A stretch of 64,000 nt of DNA. Source: Candidatus Cloacimonadota bacterium. Its GTDB lineage: Bacteria; Cloacimonadota; Cloacimonadia; JGIOTU-2. Location of the stretch: the NCBI GenBank assembly GCA_049903315.1, contig JBNGBT010000001.1, positions 352,001 to 416,000 on the forward strand, in the 5' to 3' direction. Below, one piece after another: positions 29,855-39,157 of the stretch (the first letter of the stretch is position 1; every line of letters begins with the position of its first letter). The notes beneath the pieces were generated by a model. That model worked only from the letters and a program-made list of their open reading frames with translations. It did no database searches and was not told where the DNA came from. The position numbers and the translations under genes were made by a program.

Positions 29855-30870
29855 TGAAAAAGCCCCTTATTCTTGCAATTGAAACGTCATGCGACGATAC
29901 ATCTGCAGCACTTGTCGATGGAAATTGTGATGTACTCTCCAATGTGATATCTTCGCAGGAAGAAGTGCATCTGAAGTATGGGGGAATTGTCCCGGAACTT
30001 GCCTCGCGCGAGCATATCCGCACTCTTATCCCGATCGTGGAAATGGCTCTTGAAAAAGCGAATGTAAATTTACAACAAATAGATGCAATCGCAGTGTCTG
30101 CAAATCCCGGGCTTATCGGCTCTCTGCTTGTGGGGGTTTCATTTGCAAAGGGATTGGCTTTCAGCATGAAGAAACCTCTTATTGCAGTAAATCATATTTT
30201 CGGTCATGTGTTCGCTAATTTTCTGGAGCACAAAGATATTGAATTTCCTTTTTTATCTCTCATTGTATCTGGCGGGCATACGGAGTTGGTGATTTTCTCT
30301 TCACCAGTAGAATACACAATTCTTGGTAAAACTGTGGATGATGCCGCAGGTGAAGCTTTTGATAAGATCGGAAAATTACTTGGACTTCCATACCCGGGAG
30401 GTCCTCATATTGATGCGCTGGCTCGTGATGGCAATAAATCTGCAATTGCATTTCCTCTGCCCATGCTCAGGCACGATAATTTTGATTTCAGTTTCAGTGG
30501 TCTAAAAACCGCTGGCATGCTCTACCTCAAAGACAAGGGTGATTTGGACGACGCTCAAACACATGATTTTACTGCAAGCTTTCAGTATGCGATCGTTGAG
30601 GTACTTCTCCGCAAAACTATCAAAGCACTTGAGGAACATTCATTAAAAACACTCCTGCTCGCAGGTGGAGTTGCTGCAAATTCCGAATTGAGAAGTACTT
30701 TTACAGAGTATTGTAAAGAGCATGACATCAAACTTTTTTATCCATCCGCAGAATATTGTACAGATAATGCAGCTATGATCGGAGCTGCCGCACAGTTCAA
30801 ATATAAAAATAAAAAATTCTCATCCCTCGAACTGAATGCCTCAGCAGTAAAAGGCATGAAAATGTTATGA
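29854..30870 (+). CDS. tsaD: tRNA N6-adenosine threonylcarbamoyltransferase TsaD
   Basis: ILAIETSCDDT, GGIVPELASREH, HIFGH, SGGHT, DDAAGEAFDK, FSFSGLKT and TDNAAMI. Confidence 0.97.
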   Translation: MKKPLILAIETSCDDTSAALVDGNCDVLSNVISSQEEVHLKYGGIVPELASREHIRTLIPIVEMALEKANVNLQQIDAIAVSANPGLIGSLLVGVSFAKGLAFSMKKPLIAVNHIFGHVFANFLEHKDIEFPFLSLIVSGGHTELVIFSSPVEYTILGKTVDDAAGEAFDKIGKLLGLPYPGGPHIDALARDGNKSAIAFPLPMLRHDNFDFSFSGLKTAGMLYLKDKGDLDDAQTHDFTASFQYAIVEVLLRKTIKALEEHSLKTLLLAGGVAANSELRSTFTEYCKEHDIKLFYPSAEYCTDNAAMIGAAAQFKYKNKKFSSLELNASAVKGMKML

Positions 30871-31991
30871 TATTTTTCTCTGTGCTGTATGGGCTGACAG
30901 CTCTGTATTGCTTGTTCCTTTTATTCCTTATTGTGGGAACCTTCAGAGTCAACGGGAAAATTTCTTCGAGAAAAAAAAATCATTTTATCTCAGTAATTAT
31001 TGCAGCCCGGAATGAAGCCAAGCATTTGTCATCTCTGCTGAAAAATTTACTTAAGCAGGAATATCCTCAAGACAAATATGAGATCATCATTGTGAATGAC
31101 CGCTCCACAGATAAGACAGAGTATATTCTTGAGAATTTTTCTAAAAAATATTCCCGTATTAAATACATTTCTATTAAAGATGAGATTCCCGGACTTGTCG
31201 GGAAGAAGCGCGCTCTTACCGAAGGAATTAACAATGCGCAGGGAGAAATTCTTCTCTTTACAGATGCCGATTGCAGACCAGGGAAATTCTGGCTGAGTTC
31301 TATGAATAAAGTATTTTCACGCGGATTTGATGTAGTGGTTGGGTACTCTCCATTGGTTTGTAAAAATAAAGGTTTCATGAAAAAGCTCATCTGCATGTTA
31401 AAAAAACTCGAACGGCTTGCCATGTTCACCTTATCTGCAGGCAGCATCGGGTGGAATTGGGGTATTACTGCGACCGGCAGGAACTTTGCTTACAAAAAGA
31501 ATGTGTTTGAATCACTCGGAGGATTTGAAGGAATCGGGCATATACCCTCCGGCGACGACGACCTCTTTCTGCAGAAGATAAGCAAAAGCCATTCGCACAA
31601 ACTCGGATTTGCTACTCATGCGGAAAGCTTCATGCCTTCCATCGAACAAAAGTCCGGTTCACAAACCTTCCAGCAGGAAAAAAGACGCGGCTCTAAGTGG
31701 CGATATTATCCCGCACTTATTAAATTCGTTTCACTCCTTGCCTTTATTTTTCTTTTTTCTCTAGTCGTATTTTTCATTCTTGCCTGCACCAGTATTTTGC
31801 CATGGAGAGTGTTTCTCATTGCCTTTCTCTCAAAAAGTGCATTTGATTTGCTTATACTTCTGCGGGGTACCACGATCTTCAGGGAATATGGCTCATTGCT
31901 TGTTTTTCCGTTTGTAGAAGTGCTGTATGCGCCGTATTTTGTCGTGTTCGGGCTGCTTGGCACCTTTGGGAAATATAAGTGGAAAATGTGA
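30867..31991 (+). CDS. Membrane-anchored family 2 glycosyltransferase
   Basis: SVIIAARNE, DRSTD, FTDADC, SGDDDL and QEKRRG (QxxRW-like), with TM helices at both ends. Confidence 0.88.
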   Translation: MIFFSVLYGLTALYCLFLLFLIVGTFRVNGKISSRKKNHFISVIIAARNEAKHLSSLLKNLLKQEYPQDKYEIIIVNDRSTDKTEYILENFSKKYSRIKYISIKDEIPGLVGKKRALTEGINNAQGEILLFTDADCRPGKFWLSSMNKVFSRGFDVVVGYSPLVCKNKGFMKKLICMLKKLERLAMFTLSAGSIGWNWGITATGRNFAYKKNVFESLGGFEGIGHIPSGDDDLFLQKISKSHSHKLGFATHAESFMPSIEQKSGSQTFQQEKRRGSKWRYYPALIKFVSLLAFIFLFSLVVFFILACTSILPWRVFLIAFLSKSAFDLLILLRGTTIFREYGSLLVFPFVEVLYAPYFVVFGLLGTFGKYKWKM

Positions 31992-32251
31992 AATTCAAAG
32001 TGAAAAATAGAGATTGGATTTGATTGTTCGGTTTTGTGAGAAACCATTTTTGTGAGTAGTCATTGACCACTCCATGACTTTAGCCGGGTTTGGATTATGG
32101 AAGCCCGAATAATTTTTTATTGACAACAGAAAAAGTCTGTTTTTGTTACAGTTATTGAATGATGGAATAAGGGAAAATATAAGAATGATTAAAAATGAAA
32201 AGATGTATTTTAAAAATATTTAATTAAAATCATGCAAATAAATGAGAATCT

Positions 32252-33094
32252 ATGAACTATATTGGTAAATACGAGATAAATAAAGTATATTGCGGTGATT
32301 GCGTAGAACTGATGACATTAATTCCTGATTCATCTATAGATTTAGTAGTTACTTCACCACCATATGATAAAATTCGTTTTTATAAGGGAGATTTGGAATT
32401 TGATCTTCATAAAACAGGACAACAAATCTTTAGAGTTTTAAGGGATGGTGGTGTAGCAGTAATGGTTATTCAAGATCAAACAAAAAATTTCGGGAAATCA
32501 TTAACTTCATTTAAGACAATAATTGACTGGTGTGACAATATTGGATTCAAATTATTTGAAACAGTGATTTATCGAAAACATGGGTCAGAAGGAGCATGGT
32601 GGACGAAGAGGTTTAGAGTTGATCATGAATATATGCCGATATTTTTAAAAGGATATAAACCCAAATATTTTAATAAAGAACCGTTAAAAATTCTCTCAAA
32701 GCATGGTGGTAAAGTTATGACAGGTAGTGGTTCGAGAAAAACTAATGGTGAAACACAACCAACTGTAACAAGACAAATAAATCGAAAAAAATGTCGAGGT
32801 ACAATATGGGAATATTTAATGGCTGGTGATAAAAATCCGTTAAAGAGGAAACATCCAGCAGTTTTTCCAGACAAGATACCGTATGATTTTATACAATGTT
32901 TCTGTCCTGAAAAAGGTGTCGTTTTAGATCCATTTGCCGGTAGTGGATCAACTTTAGTTATGGCAAAAAAACTTAACCGTAATTTTATTGGATTTGATAT
33001 TGTACCAGAATATTGTGATTTAGCAAATGAACGCTTGAAAAAAGAAACTAATGAAGATCAAACAAACATTTTTTCAAACATAAAAAAAAAATAA
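32252..33094 (+). CDS. Site-specific DNA methyltransferase, N4-cytosine/N6-adenine type, beta motif order
   Basis: Catalytic VTSPPY near the N-terminus. HPAVFP and the SAM-binding LDPFAGSGST motif near the C-terminus. Confidence 0.93.
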   Translation: MNYIGKYEINKVYCGDCVELMTLIPDSSIDLVVTSPPYDKIRFYKGDLEFDLHKTGQQIFRVLRDGGVAVMVIQDQTKNFGKSLTSFKTIIDWCDNIGFKLFETVIYRKHGSEGAWWTKRFRVDHEYMPIFLKGYKPKYFNKEPLKILSKHGGKVMTGSGSRKTNGETQPTVTRQINRKKCRGTIWEYLMAGDKNPLKRKHPAVFPDKIPYDFIQCFCPEKGVVLDPFAGSGSTLVMAKKLNRNFIGFDIVPEYCDLANERLKKETNEDQTNIFSNIKKK

Positions 33095-33104
33095 AGGTTA
33101 TAAT

Positions 33105-34130
33105 ATGGCTATTCAAGATTTAATAAAAGATAAAACAGACCAAATTGATTATGAATCTATTTGTGCAAAGTATAGTTGGATTTTAGAAGAGAATCATTGT
33201 TGCGTTTTAAGTCCTGATAGCGACGGATTCCTTTGTGGTTTATTTATGTCGATGTTCCGCAATTGGAAAATTGTGGGTTTTTATGATGGGAAAGTATCAG
33301 TGGTGAATAAAAAGTATATAAATGAAAATCCTATATTTTTGGATATTGAAATATTCAGAAATGAAATTCGTAGTATGGGGCACCACATGTTATTAGTTAA
33401 TAAAAAACATGTACCCGACGAATGGAAAAATTTTGATAATTGTATTCAACCAAATAATTTACGAAAATATGATGGAAGGAGTAATTTCAGATTAAAATAC
33501 CCATTAGCAACAATCCATATGCTAATAAGTATTGTTTCATATAAATTAAAAGATATCACAATTCCTGAATCAGCTATACCTCCATTATTTTTTACAGACG
33601 GTGTATTTAACGTTTTGTTCCGTTACCCAGAAAATGTTTTGAACTGGTTAAATTATTTAAGGATCAATGAAAGTTGGAACCCACTAAAAGCAATTTTTGA
33701 GAATGACAGATATAGCGTTTTTACATTAATGAAGGAAATGGACAATTTTTTTCGTAGAAGAGATGCCATAAGTATCAGTAAAGAGCGGGGTGATAGACTA
33801 AGGATTTCAAACAAAGATGGTACACCTGCAAACATTGAAAAAATTTCAAGTGGTAATTGCATTATTAATTCAGATGCGAAAAAGAGAATTCTTGATTTTA
33901 TGCAAATTTTATCTGATTTAACTGAATGGGAATATAAAAAACATGATTGGTTTTGCTGGGAAGATATGAAATTTTATCAATTTAAAAAAGGTGATTTCAA
34001 AAGTGATAAAAAAACGATTACAATTCAAAATTTCAAAGAATTTATTGAAAAAAAGCCATTATCATGGGCAATGACAAGTGGTGACAATATTGAATATACT
34101 CTTGAGGAGCCAGACAAACTATTTAAATGA
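33105..34130 (+). CDS. Hypothetical protein with DHH-phosphoesterase-like motifs (candidate cognate nuclease)
   Basis: LSPDSDG (DxDG-like), IFLD, MGHH (DHH-like) and FFTDG occur in DHH-family order. Starts 10 nt after the MTase stop. Confidence 0.55.
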   Translation: MAIQDLIKDKTDQIDYESICAKYSWILEENHCCVLSPDSDGFLCGLFMSMFRNWKIVGFYDGKVSVVNKKYINENPIFLDIEIFRNEIRSMGHHMLLVNKKHVPDEWKNFDNCIQPNNLRKYDGRSNFRLKYPLATIHMLISIVSYKLKDITIPESAIPPLFFTDGVFNVLFRYPENVLNWLNYLRINESWNPLKAIFENDRYSVFTLMKEMDNFFRRRDAISISKERGDRLRISNKDGTPANIEKISSGNCIINSDAKKRILDFMQILSDLTEWEYKKHDWFCWEDMKFYQFKKGDFKSDKKTITIQNFKEFIEKKPLSWAMTSGDNIEYTLEEPDKLFK

Positions 34131-34301
34131 TATTTGCACAATTATAAGTATACTATATAAAATAACTGTACTAAATGCAACAATCTTTAATTATTTTCTT
34201 TTACATTGTAAGATTGTTTCAATATCCAAGTTGTCGAAGTAATCTACTTAGCCATTTTTATTGACAACCATCCTTTAATCCAAGAATTCATCTCAATCAT
34301 T

Positions 34302-35078
34302 ATGAAAGTACGAGTTTTAGCAAGCGGCAGCAAAGGAAATTGTATCCTGGTTTCAGGGCAGGAATCTGCCCTTTTGGTGGATGCCGGACTGAGCTTGAAA
34401 CGTCTCAAAGAGATACTTTTTGACATTGATTTTCCCATTCAGAATATTCAAGCTGTTATTATATCTCATGAGCATTCTGATCATATAAAAGGTGCCGGCG
34501 CGATTGTCCGAAATCTTGGAATTCCTTTGTATGTTAATGAAACGACTTATCGTGCTGGCCTGAACAGATTTGGCAGAATTAGAGAAGTTAATTATTTCGA
34601 AAATGGCACACGTTTTACGATGCAGAGTTTTTTGATCGAGCCCTTTTCCGTTCCTCATGACAGTGTGGATAGTTCATGCTTTCTGATCTCGGAACGCAGC
34701 AATGAGTGTAAGCTTGCAGTTCTTACTGATCTGGGGTATCCCACTGCACTAGTCAAACAGAAAATGAAGAACCCGAGCACAATAATCCTGGAAAGTAATC
34801 ACGATATTGACATGCTCATTAACGGTCCCTATGCATGGTGGCTCAAACAGCGTGTCAAAGGCAAGCATGGGCATCTTTCAAATGTGCAGGCATCCGAACT
34901 TGTTGACGAGATACTGCATGACGGATTGAAGAATATCGTGCTTGCGCATCTCAGCGAGACAAATAACGAACCGGAGCTTGCTTATCTTGCAATGAAGAAC
35001 TTTCTTGCAAGTAAAAATGCAACGTGCAACCTGTTTGTGGCAGGGCAGTACCAGCCCACAGAATGGATCGAGGTATAA
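34302..35078 (+). CDS. MBL-fold metallo-hydrolase (YycJ/WalJ-like)
   Basis: LASGSKGN, LVDAG, SHEHSDH, VPHD, TDLG, ESNHD, GHLSN and LAHLS. Confidence 0.9.
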   Translation: MKVRVLASGSKGNCILVSGQESALLVDAGLSLKRLKEILFDIDFPIQNIQAVIISHEHSDHIKGAGAIVRNLGIPLYVNETTYRAGLNRFGRIREVNYFENGTRFTMQSFLIEPFSVPHDSVDSSCFLISERSNECKLAVLTDLGYPTALVKQKMKNPSTIILESNHDIDMLINGPYAWWLKQRVKGKHGHLSNVQASELVDEILHDGLKNIVLAHLSETNNEPELAYLAMKNFLASKNATCNLFVAGQYQPTEWIEV

Positions 35079-36026
35079 ATGATACCATATCTGTTACTCG
35101 TCGTTGCTTTTATTCTACTCGCCAAAGGTGCGGATATTTTTATCCAGGGCGCATCGAATATTGCTCAATACCTTCGAGTTTCACCATTGTTTGTAGGTCT
35201 GACCATTGCAGCGATCGGCACGAGTGCACCGGAAGCAGCAGTAAGCATAAAAGCGTCACTTGTAGGGGTGAATGGGATTGCATTCGGGAATATTGTCGGC
35301 AGCAATATTGCTAATATCTGTCTGGCGATCGGCATTGCAGCGTTGATCAAACCCCTTCATTTTGAGAGCAGCACCATCAGAAAAGAAAATCCCTTTATGA
35401 TCTTCATCACAGTTCTTATGATGCTGTTTGTGATAAATTTTACACCGCAGAAAACCGGATTTGTCGTAGTGTCGCGCATTGAAGGAATTATATTCCTGTT
35501 GCTTTTTGTTGGATTTCTTTTTTATCTATACAGGATGGCACAGCAAGATCGAAGAGAGAAGCAAACTCACGAAGAAGCTAAAACGTCACTTTTAAAAAAT
35601 ATATCTCTTACTGTTGTTGGGGGTGCTGCGATTGCCTTTGGCGGACATCTGGCTGTGGAAAATGCTACTAAAATTGCATTTTTGTGGGGTGTGAGCGATA
35701 AGGTCATCGGCATGTCTGTTGTTGCGCTGGGAACCTCGATTCCGGAAATCGTGACATCGATCGTTGCAGTAATAAAAGGCAAAGTCTCGATAGCTATCGG
35801 TAATATTGTCGGGAGTAATATTTTCAATATTCTCTTTGTTCTAGGAATAGCTTCAACGATAAAGCCCATTGTCCTTGGTTCTGATGTCGTAAGGGATGCG
35901 GCTGTATGTCTCTTCGTTTCGCTGCTGTTCTTTGCTTCTTCGCGATTTTTGAAAAGCGTGGGTCGTATTCAAGGATTGATATTAATTGTAATTTATGGCG
36001 TATATATATTTTCCCTTTTCAAATAA
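35079..36026 (+). CDS. Calcium/sodium antiporter (YrbG/CaCA family)
   Basis: Two alpha repeats (GTSAPE...GNIVGSNIAN and GTSIPE...GNIVGSNIFN) and about 10 TM helices. Confidence 0.93.
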   Translation: MIPYLLLVVAFILLAKGADIFIQGASNIAQYLRVSPLFVGLTIAAIGTSAPEAAVSIKASLVGVNGIAFGNIVGSNIANICLAIGIAALIKPLHFESSTIRKENPFMIFITVLMMLFVINFTPQKTGFVVVSRIEGIIFLLLFVGFLFYLYRMAQQDRREKQTHEEAKTSLLKNISLTVVGGAAIAFGGHLAVENATKIAFLWGVSDKVIGMSVVALGTSIPEIVTSIVAVIKGKVSIAIGNIVGSNIFNILFVLGIASTIKPIVLGSDVVRDAAVCLFVSLLFFASSRFLKSVGRIQGLILIVIYGVYIFSLFK

Positions 36027-36090
36027 CTCATATGAAATCGACTAACTTGACGAAAAATTTGACATTACTTTATTTCTGGGCGGAGGTACA

Positions 36091-37272
36091 TTGATAAAAG
36101 TAATTCAAGAAAAATGCATTGGGTGCAGTAAGTGTATACCTGTATGTCCTTATCAGGCAATTACGCTTGTGGACAAAAAAGCAGTAATTGATTTGAACGC
36201 ATGCACTCTTTGCAGTGCGTGTGTGCCCGAGTGTCCGGTCGATGCGATAATCATTGAGAAAAGCCAGGAACAGGCAGTAAATCTTGCTGATTATTCCGGT
36301 GTCATGGTTTTTGCCGAACAGAAATTTGGCACGATCATGCCCATATCTTTTGAGATGCTCAGCAAGGCACACGAACTTGCTGAAGCGCTTGGCAAACAAG
36401 TCACTGCAGCATTGCTCGGATATAACTTTCATGACCAGGCAGAGGAGCTTATCCATTATGGCGCTGATAAAGTAATAGTTGTCGATGATGCATTTCTTGA
36501 AAATTTTCTTGATGAACCTTATACACAAGCCCTTGCACATATAGTGAACAAATACAAGCCGGAAATACTCCTCAGCGGTGCAACAGCGATCGGACGTTCC
36601 TTTGTTCCGCGATTAGCAGTTGAGCTTCAAACCGGACTGACTGCGGACTGCACTGATCTGGATATTGATCCTGAAAATATGGAACTTATTCAGACTCGAC
36701 CTGCCTTTGGCGGCAATATCATGGCAAAGATACGAACCACGAATTATCGACCTCAAATGGCAACGGTCCGGCACAAGGTCTTCGATCATCTCCCAAAGGA
36801 TGAATCAAGAAAAGGGCAGATTATTCAAGAAAAAGTAACCTTTGATGCAACAAAATTCTTGTCTAAATTTTTGGAATATATAAAAGATGAAACTCAAAGT
36901 GTGAAGATCACGGATGCTGATATTATTGTGACAGGTGGTCGTGGTATTAAATGTGCAGAGAATTTTTCTTTGATAAAAGAACTTGCATCGACATTGGGTG
37001 CTGCTGTCGGCGCATCCAGGGCTGCGGTCGATGCTGGCTGGATGGAATATTCCCACCAGGTCGGGCAGACCGGTAAGACAGTCAAACCGAAGATATATGT
37101 TGCATGTGGAGTTTCCGGAGCAATTCAGCATCTTGTTGGTATGCAGTCATCAGATATTATCATTGCGATCAATAAAGACAAAGATGCTCCGATCTTCAAG
37201 GTCGCAGATGTCGGCATCGTTGGTGATCTTTTTGAAGTGATCCCTCAGCTCATTAAACAGCTTTCTCGATAA
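36091..37272 (+). CDS. etfA: Electron transfer flavoprotein alpha subunit with N-terminal 2[4Fe-4S] ferredoxin
   Basis: Two CxxCxxCxxxCP motifs, then TGLTADCT, RPAFGGN, GASRAAVD, QVGQTGK and GVSGAIQH. TTG start after a GGAGG RBS. Confidence 0.93.
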   Translation: MIKVIQEKCIGCSKCIPVCPYQAITLVDKKAVIDLNACTLCSACVPECPVDAIIIEKSQEQAVNLADYSGVMVFAEQKFGTIMPISFEMLSKAHELAEALGKQVTAALLGYNFHDQAEELIHYGADKVIVVDDAFLENFLDEPYTQALAHIVNKYKPEILLSGATAIGRSFVPRLAVELQTGLTADCTDLDIDPENMELIQTRPAFGGNIMAKIRTTNYRPQMATVRHKVFDHLPKDESRKGQIIQEKVTFDATKFLSKFLEYIKDETQSVKITDADIIVTGGRGIKCAENFSLIKELASTLGAAVGASRAAVDAGWMEYSHQVGQTGKTVKPKIYVACGVSGAIQHLVGMQSSDIIIAINKDKDAPIFKVADVGIVGDLFEVIPQLIKQLSR

Positions 37273-37301
37273 TAATTTTATGTAATATAAAGTTGGTAAA
37301 C

Positions 37302-38516
37302 ATGGAATTTACAAATATTTTAGTTGTGAAAAATGCCAAAGAGCATGGAGTGGAAAATCTCTATGTGACAAACGGCAAGTATTCTGCTAAGTCCTATGAT
37401 AAAATACAGGCAGATTGTGCCGGGCTTGTTGCGTATCCCTCGCTCATCAATATTCATGATCATCTTGTGGGGAACTGGGTGCCCAAAGGTGGACCAAGTA
37501 GACCGTATGAAAACACGAGTGTGTGGGTGCAGGAGCTCAATGATTCCGAGCCGGTTAAAGAGCGTGATAAATATCTGAAAAATCCGGTGAGTCATCTGCT
37601 CGAAGATGCGGGAATGGACCTGGCAATGCTTGGGGTGTACAAAAATATTTTTTCAGGCGTAACCGTTGTTCAAGATCATGTGCCGCGCCAGAAAGAAGAG
37701 TATTATCAGCATTTTCCAATAAAGATCATTTCCGATTTCCAGCAAGGACACTCTATAACTGGTAAGAACTGGTGGGGAGGTGACGAGCTTCCCGAAGAGA
37801 TGAAAAAAACCAAAGGGAAGATACCTTTTATTATTCATCTGGCTGAAGGCAGTGATGATTCAGCTCGCAATGAGTTTGACGGACTGGTAGAGCAGGGACT
37901 TCTAAAAAGCAATTCGATCCTTGTTCACTGCACGGCACTTACGACCGAGCAGTTCAAAAAACTCAAAGAGGTTGGCGCAAGCATTGCATGGTGTCCGAAT
38001 TCCAATATATATCTGCTTGGAATCACCCTGGATATTGATACAGTTCTGAAATTGGGGATCAATATCTGTCTTGGAACAGATTCGACATTATCAGGAAGTA
38101 CAAATTTATTGAAAGAGATCATTTACACGAAGCAGACATTCCCGGAAATCTCCAATAGAACACTTTTTAAAATGGTGACAGAGAATCCTGCAAAAGCGCT
38201 TATGCTCGATACGTATCATGGGAAAATCGAACCGGATGTTGATGCAAATTTGCTCCTGACCAGAATGAACAAAAAAGATCCCTATGAAAATTTTGTTTCA
38301 CTCAATTCATGTGATATCGAGCTTCTCATGTATACAGGCAAGCCGATTTTCGGAAAGGTCGAATATTTGAAATATTTCTCCTGGGATGCGAAAGATTATC
38401 ATCTCTTTGAATGCAACGATTGCAAAATGTTCGTGACAGGTCATCCCGAAGAGATACTGAAAAAGATAGAAAAAAAGTTAGGATATAAAAAACACTTCGA
38501 TTATCTGCCATTTTGA
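37302..38516 (+). CDS. Amidohydrolase-superfamily metal-dependent hydrolase (deaminase-like)
   Basis: INIHDH, IHLAEG, LVHC, WCPNSN, LGTDS and TENPAKAL. Confidence 0.82.
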   Translation: MEFTNILVVKNAKEHGVENLYVTNGKYSAKSYDKIQADCAGLVAYPSLINIHDHLVGNWVPKGGPSRPYENTSVWVQELNDSEPVKERDKYLKNPVSHLLEDAGMDLAMLGVYKNIFSGVTVVQDHVPRQKEEYYQHFPIKIISDFQQGHSITGKNWWGGDELPEEMKKTKGKIPFIIHLAEGSDDSARNEFDGLVEQGLLKSNSILVHCTALTTEQFKKLKEVGASIAWCPNSNIYLLGITLDIDTVLKLGINICLGTDSTLSGSTNLLKEIIYTKQTFPEISNRTLFKMVTENPAKALMLDTYHGKIEPDVDANLLLTRMNKKDPYENFVSLNSCDIELLMYTGKPIFGKVEYLKYFSWDAKDYHLFECNDCKMFVTGHPEEILKKIEKKLGYKKHFDYLPF

Positions 38517-39148
38517 TGGAACTATCTGAAATTTTTTATAGTTTACAAGGGGAGTCCTCATACGCGGGACTCCCTTGTGTTTTTGTGCGCCTGGCGGGGT
38601 GTAATTTGCGCTGCACATACTGCGATACAAAGTATGCGTATGAATCTGGATTCACACTATCAATTAAGGATATCATAAAAGAAATTGAGAAATATCATCC
38701 AGTGAAGCTTATAGAAATTACTGGTGGAGAGCCGCTTTTTCAAAGCGAAGTTATTGAGCTTATGCAGCTTTTGATAAAGAAAAAGTATACCGTCCTGCTG
38801 GAAACCAACAACTCGATTTCATTGGGAAATGTGCCAAAGCAAGTTGTTAAAATTGTTGATTTTAAAACACCTTCCAGCGGTATGAGCGATAAGATGTTGT
38901 GGGATAATATTCAGTATTTCAATGAACATGATGAGCTTAAATTTGTTATTTCTGACAGTGAGGATTTTGATTGGTCGATTCGTGTTATTGAAAAATACAA
39001 TCTATTAAAATTTCAGATACTGTTTTCTCCAGTTTTTAATAAACTTGATGTGACTAAGTTAGCAGATTGGATTCGAGAAACAAAAAAGAATATTCGATTG
39101 AATTTACAATTACATAAATTATTGTGGGGTAATAAGCGGGGAGTATAG
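38516..39148 (+). CDS. queE: 7-carboxy-7-deazaguanine synthase QueE (radical SAM)
   Basis: EIFYSLQGES, FVRLAGCNLRCTYCDT, ITGGEPL, LETN and LQLHK. Confidence 0.9.
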   Translation: MELSEIFYSLQGESSYAGLPCVFVRLAGCNLRCTYCDTKYAYESGFTLSIKDIIKEIEKYHPVKLIEITGGEPLFQSEVIELMQLLIKKKYTVLLETNNSISLGNVPKQVVKIVDFKTPSSGMSDKMLWDNIQYFNEHDELKFVISDSEDFDWSIRVIEKYNLLKFQILFSPVFNKLDVTKLADWIRETKKNIRLNLQLHKLLWGNKRGV

Positions 39149-39157
39149 GATTCAAAA

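Larger units (their letters stand above)
32114..34268. mobile_element. Putative horizontally acquired low-GC two-gene island
   Basis: Visibly more AT-rich than its flanks. Direct repeat TTTTTATTGACAAC at 32114-32127 and 34255-34268. No integrase or transposase inside. Confidence 0.5.

Noticed and set aside
26231..39148. queC + queE + MTase as a 7-deazaguanine DNA modification (dpd) or QatC-type defence system
   Set aside because: The genes are dispersed and canonical in length, with no DpdA/TGT-like or Qat partners. Ordinary queuosine synthesis explains them.
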